Assembly (NCBI RefSeq): GCF_037042905.1 | Contig: NC_087251.1 | Location: forward strand, 31,622,001 to 31,686,000 | Length of the DNA stretch: 64,000 nt | Reading direction: 5' to 3' | Origin: Lytechinus pictus | Lineage: Eukaryota | Part shown: positions 1 through 14,270 of the stretch, piece after piece | Numbering within the stretch: position 1 is the stretch's first letter | Layout: each line of letters begins with the position of its first letter | Position numbers and translations under genes: made by a program | The notes under the pieces: model-generated | What the model saw: only the letters and a program-made list of their open reading frames with translations | What the model was told of the DNA's origin: nothing | Databases searched by the model: none

Positions 1-300
1 TGCTTTAGTACGACCCCACCTTCCACACCTCGTGCAAATCGGACTCTAAACAAAAAGTGTTGGGGCAAAAAGGACATCCTTTATAAAACATTTTAATTTT
101 GTTTTATCATCCCCGCAAATTTGACCCTAAACACGTAACTTTCCTAGCGAAATAGATACCCTTTTTTCATTATTTTTGTGTTTTTGACACCCTTATCACG
201 TTACGTACGTAACGTGCCCTATCTTGAAAAAGACATCCCCTTTACGTGTTTTTTTTGTCGCGCATGGTATCCACTCGTCAATGTAAGTGGCCCCTCCGGG
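1..300. mobile_element. Terminal part of a CCCGGG-ended MITE, same family as 54428-55014 (opposite orientation)
   Basis: Reverse-complement similarity to 54428-54740, including the TIR ...GTCGCGCATGGTATCCACTCGTCAATGTAAGTG..CCGGG. Confidence 0.85.
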
Positions 301-673
301 GAAACTACCGGTAACCCTCACTCATTTTCAAGCTTAATACATCTCCAAAGTTTTAAAATAGATTCTGTACATACATGTATGATACTTCGAAACGTTTGGA
401 CTGGTATTTTTACAGCTTAAGCCTAACATTTAGCCCATTTCCAAGAACCAAAATGAGAATTTTTTAAATCAGAACAAAGTGAAACAAACACTAATAACCT
501 CATGACCCCAAAATCTAATCAGATCATTGTCACTCACATTAACCAAGATTGAAGTTTGAAGAAGAGGATTCTTTAGTTACATGTATCTCACAATATTTTC
601 AGTTAAGTAACCTCTGTGACCCCTGACCTTTGACTTTATGATCCTCAAAACCATCAATATGCATGTAGTCTAA

Positions 674-1133
674 GAGGCCGTTCTCATTACGCTTTCTTAA
701 ACTAGTTTACTGGAAACCGATTCAGGAAACCAGTTTGGAAGATCGCTTTGCTAGCGTTCCCACTTGATCACACGAAAGTGGTTTTCAAAATCACTTCACG
801 TAAAGCGCTCTTGTTGCTATGGAAACGCTCTCATAGGGGTGACATGTTTCGCGCGAAATTCGAAACCGCAGCATAGGCATTCTACACCTGTCGTGTGGAG
901 TAGCGCGCTCAAAATGTGCGAAGATCGCTTCCCGAAGAACGGTTGTGTCCTCACGCTAAAACCAGTTTAACAAGGCAAAGCTGTCTTGAAAACTACATCG
1001 CGAGGTGGTTTTCCAAACTGGTTTGGAAGATCGCTTCCAAGACCACTTCGACCGTTCTCACTACGCGTTAAACTAGTTTCCACTAAACTAGTTTCCAGTA
1101 AACTAGTTTTAGTAACGTAGTGAGAACAGCCTC
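674..1133. mobile_element. Harbinger/PIF-like MITE, copy 1
   Basis: TIR GAGGCCGTTCTCATTAC / GTAGTGAGAACAGCCTC; TAA/TTA flanks; AAACTAGTTT subterminal repeats. Confidence 0.8.
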
Positions 1134-1136
1134 TTA

Positions 1137-1583
1137 GACACCATTCTCACTACCTTCCTAAAACTAGTTTACTGGAAACTAGTTTTAGTGGAAACTAGTT
1201 TAACGTGTAATGAGAACGGTCGAAGTGATCTTCCAAACCGGTTCATAAAAACCACCTCGCGATGTAATTTTCACTTTGCCTCGTTAAACTGGTTTTAGCG
1301 TAAGTGAGGTCACAACCATTCTTCGGAAAGCGATCTTTGCACATTTTGAGCGCGCTTCTCCACACACTGTGTGTAGAATGCCTACGCTGCGGTTCCGAAT
1401 TTCACGCGAAATGTGTCACACCACTGAGAACGTTCCCATAGCAACAAGATTGCTTTACGTGAAGTGATTTTGAAAACCAATTTCGGGTGATCAAATGGGA
1501 ACGCTACCAAAGCGATCTTCCAGACTGGTTTCCTGAACGCTTTCCAGTAAAATAGTGTCAGAAAGTGTAATGAGAACGGAGTC
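1137..1583. mobile_element. Harbinger/PIF-like MITE, copy 2, inverted relative to copy 1
   Basis: Interior is the reverse complement of 674-1133 with scattered substitutions; separated from it by a single TTA. Confidence 0.8.
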
Positions 1584-2127
1584 TATGAACCAAGTTTGAA
1601 GTCCATTTGTAAAGTGGTTATTTACATAAAGCAAGAACAAATATGGGACACACAAACTGAACACCGCTGAACATGCCTCCGGCAACCACCTGGGCATGAA
1701 AACATAGATGGTATTTGAAAATAGGATGAAATATCAATTTCATCAAATTTTTTACCTGGATCCAATAACCTGAAATATTTATCACAAAATTACTAATACT
1801 TGATCCTCTAAAAAAAAAAGGGTTCATGAAATATGGAAACAAAGCACAACAAGTCATGTTTTACACCAAAAGAAAATTGCTTGGACTGGTATAGTGATGG
1901 AGAATAGATGGTTGTGGAAATGGCTTGAATATGTGGAAGAAGCCTAATATTGTAGCATAAAAAGTGTATGTTTTAAATGAATGGGATTTAGTGTAAGCAA
2001 ACAAACAAAAAGTAAAGAAGAATAATTGAAAATGAATGAAAATAAGGCAATTGTGCCCTTGAGGCATTAATACAAAAATGTATTTTATGGAATATAGGAT
2101 GCAATCATACAGAAGCATTTATATTTT

Positions 2128-2504
2128 GGGCCATTCTTGGTCATGTGTGTGACAGAAATTATGACAAATCTTGAATTTAACTAGTTATCAATCTAAATTT
2201 TTTTAGATAGATTTAGTAATTCAAAGGTTATTTTAGTCAGCTATCGTTTGGAAATATTTTTTGCTGTCTCCAATGTATGCAGTTTCAAGGTCAGAGGTCA
2301 ATAGGAGTGGGTTACATGCGACTTCACACAGAAGCATGATTTTGAAGAAAAAAAAATTAATTTTGAAATTACTGTGAATTTCAAAATGAAATTACACTTT
2401 CAAAATCATCAAAATTAGTTATAAACCTCTAACAGTTTAGATTATAACTAATTAAAGTCAAGTTTTGTCATAATTTTGGTCACACACGTGACCAAGAATG
2501 GCCC
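2128..2504. mobile_element. MITE with ~60-bp TIRs (GGGCCATTCTTGGTCA...)
   Basis: GGGCCATTCTTGGTCATGTGTGTGAC / GTCACACACGTGACCAAGAATGGCCC; T-run flanks. Confidence 0.8.
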
Positions 2505-2536
2505 TTTTGACAAACGATGGAATATGTAAGACTTAC

Positions 2537-2655
2537 CCAAAGGAGAACCTGTGTTTGAAGCTGGCCCCCCACTCTTTGACAGGTGTTGAAGGAGGAGTGG
2601 ACTCATGCTGACGGCCAGGACGATAGTGAACCTTAGAAGAATCTCTAACTTTCAT
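2537..2655 (-). CDS. Probable first coding exon of a gene continuing left of the window (MKVRDSSKVHYRPGRQHESTPPSTPVKEWGASFKHRFSF|G); whole exon about 2995-2537
   Basis: Non-repetitive, GC-elevated block bounded by acceptor TTTTTCAG|G (2995) and a consensus donor TGG|GTAAGT (2537/2536); ATG in AAGATGA context, open to the donor. Confidence 0.55.
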
Positions 2656-3865
2656 CTTTTCTCTCTTTTTACTCTTCAGTCAATCTTAAAGAGGACTTCC
2701 ACCACTGACAGAGGAAATAGCTAGACTCTCAGCCTCTCAAAAAGACCTATTTCTCTCTTGTTGGAGGAATGGAAAGATTCAGAAGGGTGATGCAACAATG
2801 TGTCACTATGTTTCCTTGAGGTAATCGACGCCTGTGAGACGATTTGGCAGGAAAGATTACTTGGCAATGGTTGATAACACACATCTTGCTGGAACCCTGC
2901 AATGTTGCTATTCCCCTTTCTCTTCTGAGTGCAACAGGTCACTTGCTCCCGTTGGCCTGGCTAGATTCTGATGGTCTTGACACTTTGTTTAACACCTGAA
3001 AAACATTATTTAACACCAAAAAGAATGGATGAGATTCATGTGTTGATGACATAGACCTGTTTTCTAGCATATGCTCAAAGTTGTAAACAAATGATGTTCT
3101 CGACAGCTTGCCAGTGGTTTACTAGGCAGAGCAACAAAGATATGAAGTATTTAATTATTTTATTCATTAGTCTTCTTTTCAGTAGGGTGGCTAAATCATT
3201 AACAGGAGGCATAATAACAAAATACACAAATTTTACAAACAAAAATAAGAAATGTACATGTAAAGATATTTTCAAACAAATGAGAAGAAACTTATTAACA
3301 TTAAGGGCCAGCTCACTGAAAGAGAAAACTATGGATAAAATAAAAGAGTAAATCCAAAATAAAAGAGTAAATCAAGAATCTGAGCATCAGATACTATAGA
3401 CAGGAGAGGGGGTATATTATCGGCTTGTCAAATTGACGAGGTTTATATGCTAGCTACTCCACAGGCAAACACGTATGACATTGTTTGCTGCGCTGATGGT
3501 CCAAAGATGGCGGTCGGTGGCTTCAGTCCACACAATACCTGTAAGACCGCCCACCCAGTTAAGTATACAGAGCAGCAGGGCTAGCCCACTCAAAACAGAA
3601 GAGAAAGATGGATTGGGTAGTTTGGTACACTGTTGTGCTTAAGGAGAAAAATTAGAATTTTTTCTTTCTTTTAGCTGCAGAGGCCATGGAATGATTTTGA
3701 AAGTGTGTGTGGGGGAGGGCTTACCATATACAAGAAAATCATAATCATATGGTCATTTTTACATTTTTGTAAACAGCCCCAGTGCTGTATCTCAAATAGA
3801 GGTTATATTTTGGGCTTCACATTTTTCTTACATCATCAGTTCATGGGGAGATGTAGAATATTCAA

Positions 3866-4482
3866 AGGTCAAGTCCACCCCAGAAAAAAGTTGATTTGAA
3901 TAAATAGAGAAAAATCAAACTAGTACTAGCTTAAAAATAGTATAGACAAATTTCATCAAAATCGGATGTAAAATAAGAAAATTATGACACTTTAAATTTT
4001 CGCTTATTTTTCACAAAACAGTTATATGCACAACTTAGAAGCATGCAAATGAGACAGTTGATGATGTCCCTCACTATTTCTTTTGTTTTTTATTGTTTGA
4101 ATTATACAATATTTAATTTTTTTACAGATTTGACAATAAGGATCAACCTGACTGAACCATATACATGTAGTATTAAAACAATGCTAATTCCACAAGTTCA
4201 GAGATGAATTAATCTTTGTTTCACTTGACAATGAATAAATTAGAATATTTCATATTTCATATAATGAAATACAAAAGAAATAGTGAGTGGATGGCGTTAT
4301 CAGTCTCCTTATTTGCATTCTGACCAGGATGTGCATATAACTGTTTTGTGAAATTCAGCAAAACTTTAAAATGTCTTAACTTTCTTATTTTACATCTGAT
4401 TTTGATGAAACTTTCAGTGTTATGCTTGTTGGATTTTTTTCTTTTTATTCAAATCAACTTTTTGTAGGGGTGGACTTGTCCT
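3866..4482. mobile_element. Kolobok-like MITE (AGG termini, TTAA target)
   Basis: TIR AGGTCAAGTCCACCCC / GGGGTGGACTTGTCCT followed by TTAA; long imperfect palindromic interior; relatives at about 28370-28900 and 48523-48725. Confidence 0.8.
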
Positions 4483-6290
4483 TTAACCTTTGACTTTTAA
4501 TACTTTACCATTATTAAAAATTCTTGTTATTATACGAAAATTATTTTACATTTCTAACTAAAGATATGACTTCTTTTATGATTTCTCTATGTTAATTAGG
4601 TCTATTTCTTAGTAGATACCTTTCTTCTTTTATACTTAGCTGTTACATGAGAGATAACAGCCTTAACAAGTCTGAGAATACACCCATTACTTGTAACATG
4701 AGTTACCTGGAATGGCCCCTTCACGGATGTAATGAATTCAGACATCACTCTCGTTTTCATGCAAGTTAATCAGCGGCAAATGATATAAACTCAGCAGTAT
4801 AGGAGTTCTCCCTGTATTTTCATATTTGACATGAAACACCGTACTACTAGATTTGGATTCATACCCAAGAGCATTACTTTGCAACTCTCTTCCATTATTC
4901 ATGGACAATGAGAACTCATGACACAGGCGATTTAATCATCCTTCTCTGCTTCAACCTCCCTTCCCCCACCCTCCCTTCATTTATATTCAGCCTGCGTACA
5001 ACAGCTGACGTGAGATGCTGCTAGACACATGTAAACAGGCTGCACAGCCCTGGAACTTGCGGAATGTACGATGGCGTCAAGGAGGAAATAGATAATGTCC
5101 AAAACAATCTCAAATGAGGAGATGAGCGTCTTGTGCTTGCCTTGTTTTTTTTTTATAATAAGAATTTAGATCATCGTACAAATAACATCGAGTTTATTCC
5201 ATGACTATGTTCTGTTTTGAAAAGATGGCACAGAAAATCTGATGGTTGAGACAGTTTACACGATAATACAAATTATCTTCTAAAATTCAGAAGAAAAAAT
5301 AACCTGGTTTTCATCAATAGATCTTTATTGTCAGAGAAGATATTACACTAAAAATTCAGTTTAACATTTATTCCTGTTGACATAGAATGGAAAGCATGGA
5401 TATATATTACATTATCTACATTTGTGATGTCATGGTCAAGGTACAGGTTATAGTAAAGTGAAAGATGAAAACAAAAAATAAAGAGATAAAAATTGTGATA
5501 CTTTCGAAATAACGACCATGAGGACCAAACAAAAGCGTGTGACAAATTTGGGCCTGTGTCAAGGTTAGGCACCAAATTTTTACATTTTTTTCAGGTATTG
5601 ATCTGCTGCTAAATAGGAGTAGCTAGATGAAATGATATGCAACACAACCCACATTTGGGTTTACCCAACACAAAGCATAACAGAAGTCAAACTCCAAGAT
5701 GTTTGTGCACGGTAGTGCATGGTGTGTCCAAATTGAATAAATTGAATACAGGACTTCATTCATTGCTTTTTTTTAACCGATTACGATCATGATTGACTGT
5801 GATTACATGCATACAGTAAAGCATTTTTAGCTGTAAAAACCAAGTTTTCATCACGAAAAAACCCTTAAAAAAACCATAATCTTAATAGTTATTTTGCTGA
5901 TAATGTAAAAAGAAACGTTATAAAGAACATTTTTAATCAAAACTTTGCAAAATATACTCTCTGTTTTTAGTAACCAACAAATAATTGTTTCTTGATTGTT
6001 CCTAAATTTTCAACGAGGAAGAAATGAGTCATATTACTGATGGCAACTGAATTTTTCTTTGAAGAAACCGCACCTGATTTTTCAAGTTTAAGAGGGAAAA
6101 AAGATGTGGTTCATTTACCAGAAAATACAGTAGTTTTTACAAAAAGAACAATTTATTGACCTCAAATGACCTTTGAATAGAGACCTGAAATTTCATTCAA
6201 TCTATTTGCAAATACTTGATCATGAAAATTTGCAAATTTTATGCAACAGGGACTTATACTCTCAAAATCATCTTCAAAATCCTAGACTAT

Positions 6291-6793
6291 TATGCTTTTC
6301 ACACTGTACCTTTCTCCCTTAACCCCAGGAAATGGTGGGGCTAAGGGGGGGCCTTAGCCCCACCAATTTCAAGGGGTTAAGCTTAGCCCACTTCGTTTTC
6401 ACACTACGTTTTAGCAAAGTGGGCTAGCACGGTAAATAGTACGGTACTATCTGGCCCTGCAAAAAAGCAGGGTTAGCCGGCTTATTGTGGTGCTAGCACC
6501 ACAATTGCGGTGCTAAGAGATGCAGTGTTAAACGAAACTGGGCTAAGGAAAAGTGGGGCTAAGCAATAGCCAATCACAGAAGTCGAAATTTCACGTTAAT
6601 CACGCTCTGTATGGTAAAATCATCAATATTCATGAGCTGTGGGATAGTCCGGGGTTAAGGCATTAACCCCGGCTAAGCAGATAGTATGGGGTTAAGAAAG
6701 ACAGTGTGAATCCAAAAAAAGAAAGTATGGGGTTAAGGATAGTCCGGGGTTAGGGATAGTATGGGGTTAAGGAAATGCAATGTGAAAAGCACA
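6291..6793. mobile_element. MITE with TGCTTTTCACA termini and GGGGTTAAG/GGGCTAAG internal repeats
   Basis: Inverted termini TATGCTTTTCACACTG / ATGTGAAAAGCACA; many short internal direct and inverted repeats. Confidence 0.65.
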
Positions 6794-9166
6794 TAAGTGT
6801 TAGCAACATTTGATGAGAATAGGTTGACAACTGATGAAGTAGTTTGGATCCCAATGTGTTTACCTTATTTTTACCATATGTTGTTACAATGGTAACATGA
6901 TTTAAGACACACACACAAAATGTGTCTTGTGCATCTTTACCTCAAGACAAATGTGTGGCCATACTTAATGAGAATTGGTTAAAAACTAAGGAAGTAGTTC
7001 GAACCGCAAGATTTTTACCTATTTTTTGCCATAATATACAGTTACCATGGCAAACCAATTTCAGACACAAGCAAAAAAAATGTATTGCACATCTTTTCCC
7101 CCTAGACCAATGTGCGTTCCAAATTTCATGAAATTTGGTTAAAAACTCATGAAGTAGTTTGCAATGGACCGACCAACCGCCACTCCGCCAGACCACTTGC
7201 CAATTTCTACATTATACACCCCACCAAACTTTGTTTGGTGGTGGTATAAACAAGGAATTACATGTATGAGGTAGTATCAAGTAAAACAAAATTAATCCAA
7301 TGCATTACCAATTACCGATTGCTTGTTATTCTTCACTCCAACATCAATCAATCAATATTACATCAACGACTCTTCCAACCAATATAGATAGAGGTGATGT
7401 ATCTAACTTGCACTGGCAGTGTCAAAATCATCACAAAACAGCACTCGTCCCAGCCCAACCTGACCCAAGAACAGGTGCTAGATAACACCATCGTCACACC
7501 TGGCTGGAATGCCACGCTCAATATTTTGTCCTTTCTCAGCAATTTCATGCTTTCTACCAAATTAATTTGGTTCATATTCTCATTCCAACACACAATGATG
7601 TCATTGGTCATTAATATTCTAATTCTGTTTACAACGCCACTACTGACAAAATACAAATGTTTCCAATTTAATCAGTCCAAAACATATACATGTAGATCTG
7701 AAAATTATCGCCAATATCTTTGAGTGATGGTCTTCCATCATATCCAGTCAACACCTCAATAGAAATCCATTAAATATTACAATTAAATATGACACCAACT
7801 GTGCAATCCATCTTTCAGACTTAGCAAACGGGAGCAAAAGGCTCTCGATCATACATCATTCGCATATACATGTAAATTGCATTCAAAAGCCAATATTTCA
7901 CTTCAAACAATACAATTACATTAACACTCACTGAGAATGTCAGGAAAAAAATATATTTCTATTCCTTGAGCTGTGTGGTTTCCTCCTCGGCCAGTAGTGC
8001 TCCTGCTGTTCAGGCGGCATAGTGTCTTGCATTGATATCATAGTACCAAGCTAGCGCAGTTCAAGTGATGGGGACCTCAGGCTGTAACTAAATTAACACT
8101 CCACGCATATTGGTTGACACACACAGTGAAATCTTACGGTGCACACAGGTTGAGGGGGAGAGACGGTGAGAGTGAGAGAGAGGGAGAGAGAGGAGAGGAA
8201 AGGGGACGAAGTAAAAAAACAGAGATGGAGAGTGAGGGAGTTACATGTAGAAGGGAAGGGAGACGGGTATTAAAATATCATAAGAAAAGAATATGCAAAC
8301 ATTTCTCTTCTGCACACTAAGTAACGGAAACGTATACCGGTATATACATTACATGTATACAATGTAATTCTATTCAAATTTGGACATATGTTGTTTGCTC
8401 GGTGCAAAATTTATAATCTGTACAGGTGTACAAGTGTAATTTTCCCTTCATTAGCAAACCTAAACATAACCAAAGATGGAATTGAAAAACGTCATCTTTC
8501 AATTTCACTTCAACATTTGAGAAAATACATATTCTCACGCTTTCCTAGTCAAAAAGGGTGTCAGATCACCCTCTCTTTAGAGCTAATAATTATGAGTAGA
8601 TTTAAATTAACATTGCCTCAATATATTCTCACCAACTGATAATTAAATGATCTTACGTTATCTGAATATATTCTCACTGACTGATAATTAAATGATACGT
8701 TATCTGATTGCAATATAATGTGGGAAGGCACCGCATTTTATTTATTTAAAAAATGTGCAATAATAATAATTTCTAATTTCAACATATCTTGCCCATTTTC
8801 AGACCCATTGTTTCGGAAGCATATGGGGAACTGTTGGTATATATTCCCAGCTAGATTTAGAACCAATGTTTGCAAAATATTAGCTTTAGGTTTATCTTTG
8901 ATTGTTAAATCATTGGATTTCGACACATCTTCTGGCATTACTGATTAAAGAATACTCCGCACATCATTCTGTGTATCTGTCAGCAATAGTTTATCCATTT
9001 TATAAAGGATTGTTTCCTTATTTTACTTGAGAGTAGACCAAATTATGCAATTTCATATCTGTTCCACAGTTCACTGTACTTCCTCTCCAGAAATTTTCTT
9101 TTGGATTCCATTGTTTCACTCAAGATGATATATTGAACTGTCATTTTATAAACTTTACAATTTCAG

Positions 9167-9935
9167 GGGCCATATTCTGAAAATTGTCTTAAGAGAAATA
9201 TTCTTGTATCTTTAGAGTTACAATAAAATCCGTATTCCGAAAATTCTTGTATCTTTTCTTGTAACTTTCGCTGAGCGCATATATGATGTCAGAGCTAGAA
9301 TTATGTGTAAAGTTAAAAACGGAGCATAAATATCCCTTTGCGCAAGGTAACATATCGAGATAAAAGGTATTCTGAGAATTCTCTTATCTTTGCGTTCTGT
9401 GTTAACTTCCTTGCAAAATAAAAGAAAATTTACAAGAGGTAGGGGGCTATTGTAACTTATTGTTGCATGCGATATTTGTCCATTAGCAATAATCATTTCT
9501 TGCTGCATCCCGCAAGAACATCATGTTTTCCAAAGGAGACATTCCAAAGACATTATAACAATGGATTGGTAGACTTTTCAGCAATAAAAAATTGGTGTTT
9601 GAGACGATGAATCTTTTCAGAGAAAATATGTCTTTGAGAAGAGCCACATGTATTTTTAGCACAGAAGCGCACAAGCATAAGTGTCTGGGGCGCAAAGGAG
9701 ATTACGCCTCATATCAACAATGCGCTTCATTATTTTTCAGAAGAGACGCTTCTATTGGTTGACCTAAGCATATAACAAGTTTAATGATTGGTTAATGATT
9801 AAATATTGGGAGTGTCGGAGATTAAATAAGGGACGTCCTTACAGAAATAAGACAATTTTCCAGAATACCAATTTAAGTGCTCTGTTATCTTGCTGACTTA
9901 CAAGAAAAGTTAAGACAATTTTCATAACACCACCC
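9167..9935. mobile_element. Harbinger-like MITE with CAG target duplication
   Basis: CAG|GGGCCATATTCTGAAAATTGTCTTAA ... TTAAGACAATTTTCATAACACCACCC|CAG. Confidence 0.65.
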
Positions 9936-10499
9936 CAGGTCACATCCAGGAGGAGGATTCGTTTTTGACAAGTTTTTCACAGATTGTCATATGTTTGTTG
10001 ATAACTTTGGTAAAGAGATTCTCCCATACCTTAACAGCGTCATCATAAACGTCTTTATCAGAGACAAGTTGCCCGGGTTGTGATTTTAATTCATCAATAA
10101 ATGCACTTGGATCAAATTATTTTCTATACGTTATGGTCAGAGGTGCATTATTTATAGTGATTTGTTGTTTTCCATATATGAAACAATGGGAATGGTCAGG
10201 AGTATTACCATGAATTGCAACTATGTCAAAACAAAGAATATATGGTCTATGAGACTACACAAATCTTTTGACATCCTTGTATCATATTCAGGGTAAATCT
10301 GAGATAAGTATTTATGATTATTCAAAATCTTATAAAATAAAATTAAGTCCCATTGCTTTAATGTTGCTTTTATAATGTCAAAATTCAAATCACCAACGTT
10401 TTTTTTGGGGGGGAGGGGTGTCAAAAGTCAATCATTTTTTTTTTCTCACAAACATTTTAGCCCTTTTAATACCCTACTGCACTTTTTAGGCCATTTTAA

Positions 10500-11108
10500 A
10501 GGGATGGTCTGGGCTGAAAATATTTATATCTAAATAAATAGAGTAAACTTCACAGAGAAAAATGCTGAAAATTTCATCAAAATCAGATAACAAATAACGA
10601 AGTTATTGAATTTTAAAGTTTATCAATATTTTGTGAAATCAGTCAAATGCACATCGTCATGAATATTCATTAGGTGGGCTGATTATGTCACATCCCCACT
10701 TTCCCTTTTCTTATGTTATTACATGAAATCATAAATGTTTCATTTTTTCATACATACATGTGTAAATGTTGTGTCTCCATTATGATGAAATAAGTTGCGG
10801 CAATGAATAACTAATGCACTTTAATCAGTTGTCAATCCAATTGTTTTAGTTCTTGGTAGAAACATTTTGAATAAAACTAATTTCATATAATAAAATACAA
10901 AAGAACAAGTGGGGATATAACATCATCAGCCCACCTAATGAATATTCATAACGACATGCCTAGAACTGTTTCACCAGAATAATGCAAATCTTTAAAATTC
11001 AATAACTTTGTTATTTGTTATCCGATTTTTATCATATTTTCAGCATTTTGTTTTGTGAATTTTACTCTATTCATTGAGATATAAATATCTCCAGCCTGGA
11101 CCATCCCT
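10500..11108. mobile_element. Kolobok-like MITE (TTAA target)
   Basis: TTAA|AGGGATGGTCTGGGCTG ... CAGCCTGGACCATCCC TTAA; ~200-bp inverted arms. Confidence 0.85.
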
Positions 11109-11201
11109 TAATGTCCTCCTGAAAAATTTCCTTCCTGAAAATTTCCTTTCAGAAAATTATACTTCCTAGTGGACAGAGCAAACTATTTTGATACTAATAC
11201 A

Positions 11202-12020
<819 letters not shown>

Positions 12021-12372
12021 CTAATACATGTGTGCCATACCATTTCATATGGGTAATATAACACAAATAATTAAAGGCAAGTTTGAAATGAATTGCCCAA
12101 TGTTAGAAATTCATTGTCAGAAATAATGAATGAATTGTCAAATGACCTTGCACCTAATGTATCTTTATCTCCAAAATTATGCCAACAATTACCACGAGTA
12201 ATAAGTTCCAGGTCAATATCACTTTCAAATCTTTTGATCAACCCTACTTTGTTTGTCCTGGTGCCAAGTTATTGATAATTTAAGGATTTGCGCAAAAATG
12301 CGCAAACTGATGGTAACAGATGTTCTTGCCATGTGCAATGAATCTCCCATTTGTTAATAATTGAAAGAGGAG

Positions 12373-12938
12373 AAACAAGTGAAACGCATATGGCAGTCTC
12401 GCCTGCGATTCAACATATTATCAGCTGTGCTGTCTTTGAAAACTACTGAAATAGAAATTTACAAAAAACAAATTACCCTGATGATCTTGATCATGTGACC
12501 TGAAACTTGCAAAAAATGATCAGTGATACTTGGGACTGCTTGTGTACCCTAATGTTCAAGCTAAATGAAATAGGTCCATATAATTTCAATGTTATCATAC
12601 TGGTATTTCAAAAACTTAACCTTGGTGAAGTTTCCAATGTTTTTTTCTTTATACAATATTAATACAATGTACCCCAAGTCAAACATGGTAAATTTCATTG
12701 AACTTATATGACCTTTGACCTTTATCATATGAATCGAAACTCATGAAATATGGTCAGGGATACTTGATTACCCTTATATCCAAGTTTCATGAACTACATG
12801 TAGGTCTATATACTTTCTAAGTTATGATGAAAATCAAAAACTTTCAACCTTGTTGATAAGATTTTACTGTTGACGATGCGGGCATGCGGCCATCAGAAAA
12901 GTGATGCCTTTTGTCTTCCTCTACTATGCAGGCGAGAC
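12373..12938 (-). mobile_element. Degenerate Helentron-associated (HINE/DINE-1-like) element
   Basis: SubTIRs GTCTCGCCTGC / GCAGGCGAGAC, A-run ends and TGACCTTTGACC repeat units; a further truncated copy starts at about 12947. Confidence 0.7.
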
Positions 12939-13059
12939 AAAAAGGAAAACGAGTGGAATACCTCTGGCAGTCTTGCCTGCATTACACATTTTCATTTATA
13001 GCACCAGTGCTGCCTCTAAAAACAGCTAAGATTTGCCGTGCGCCTCTAAAAACAGCTAA

Positions 13060-13213
13060 GATTCGCCGTGCGCCGTAATGTTGATATGGACTGAACTTGA
13101 AGTTATGCGACCAAAAGATTCGCCTGCAGCATGCTGGCAGTTTGTTTGCCACATGTTCGCATGATTTGGTTGCTAACTTCAGTTCATATCAACATTACGG
13201 CACACGGCGAATC
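13060..13213. mobile_element. Small MITE with ~35-bp TIRs
   Basis: GATTCGCCGTGCGCCGTAATGTTGATATG / CATATCAACATTACGGCACACGGCGAATC. Confidence 0.75.
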
Positions 13214-13685
13214 CAAGCGATCCGCGAAGTGATGTCTGAGGATTCGAACGACATCGAGATCAATCCCGATCGCAATATTTGGAAAAGAGGTGGGTATATT
13301 TACCTCGAAATGTGACTGAGAGACTTGTCAAGACATTTGGGAACAAGTATTGGTGATGAGGTATGCTGGTATTCGGCCGTTGCGAAACTGCATTAGCGTC
13401 CTAGGATGATAGTAAAATGTCAGAAATTGTTAAATAAATCCCTAGAAACGACGGTTATTCCGGTCTAACTTTTCCTTAGACCAAAAGCTTCAGTCTCTGT
13501 ATTTTGGTTGTTCCGCTGAACTACGTTGGCTCCACTCACCAATACATAGACTGAAGAGCTTGGAGGCCGTACGTACAGCCAACGTATAAGTGAACTAACG
13601 TTTTATAGGTCGCGATTTAAAACTGTTTTTAAGCGAAATTTACAGTTTCATGGTTTCCATTATCAGGGAAATATAAATAACTTAA

Positions 13686-14270
13686 AGGAGAATGAAACCT
13701 TTGAAACCAGCTGAATCCATATCAAAGAAAAAAATAAAAGAAACATATTGTTGAAAGTTTGAGGAAGATTGAATGAATAATAAGAAAGTTATGAGCATTT
13801 GAATATTGAGATCACTAATGCCATGTAGATCCCCTCTTTGGCATTGCGACCAAGATCTGTGATGTCACACACGTACAACTCCCTCATTACTTTAGTACTT
13901 ATTTCACTTTATATTCTCACTTTTATAGAGTCTATCACAAGGTGAGGTGTTCTCTTTATGAGAGGACAAGTGCAGAGGTTCCACAACATTATATCATTGA
14001 TGAATCGTTTGTCATATGATTAGAATGAGCAAAAAGAGATGTTCTGGGGTATATTTTCAGTGTCCAAAAGGGGAGAGTTGTTCATCTGTGACATCATAGA
14101 TCTTGGTCGCATTGCCAATGGGAGGATCTCCATAGCATTAGTGATCTCGACATTCAAATGCTCGTAACTCTTCTATTGCTAGTCCTATTTTACTCAAACT
14201 TTTGTTGATCTTATTCTTTGATTTTTCTGCTTTCACAAAAGCTAAGGTACTCCAAGAGTTTCATTCTCCT
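13686..14270. mobile_element. Kolobok-like MITE with TTAA TSD
   Basis: TTAA|AGGAGAATGAAAC ... GTTTCATTCTCCT|TTAA; inverted interior arms. Confidence 0.9.

Noticed and set aside
12478..12510. CTGATGA...GAAAC hammerhead-like string
   Set aside because: No stem I/III pairing; it is a degenerate satellite monomer.
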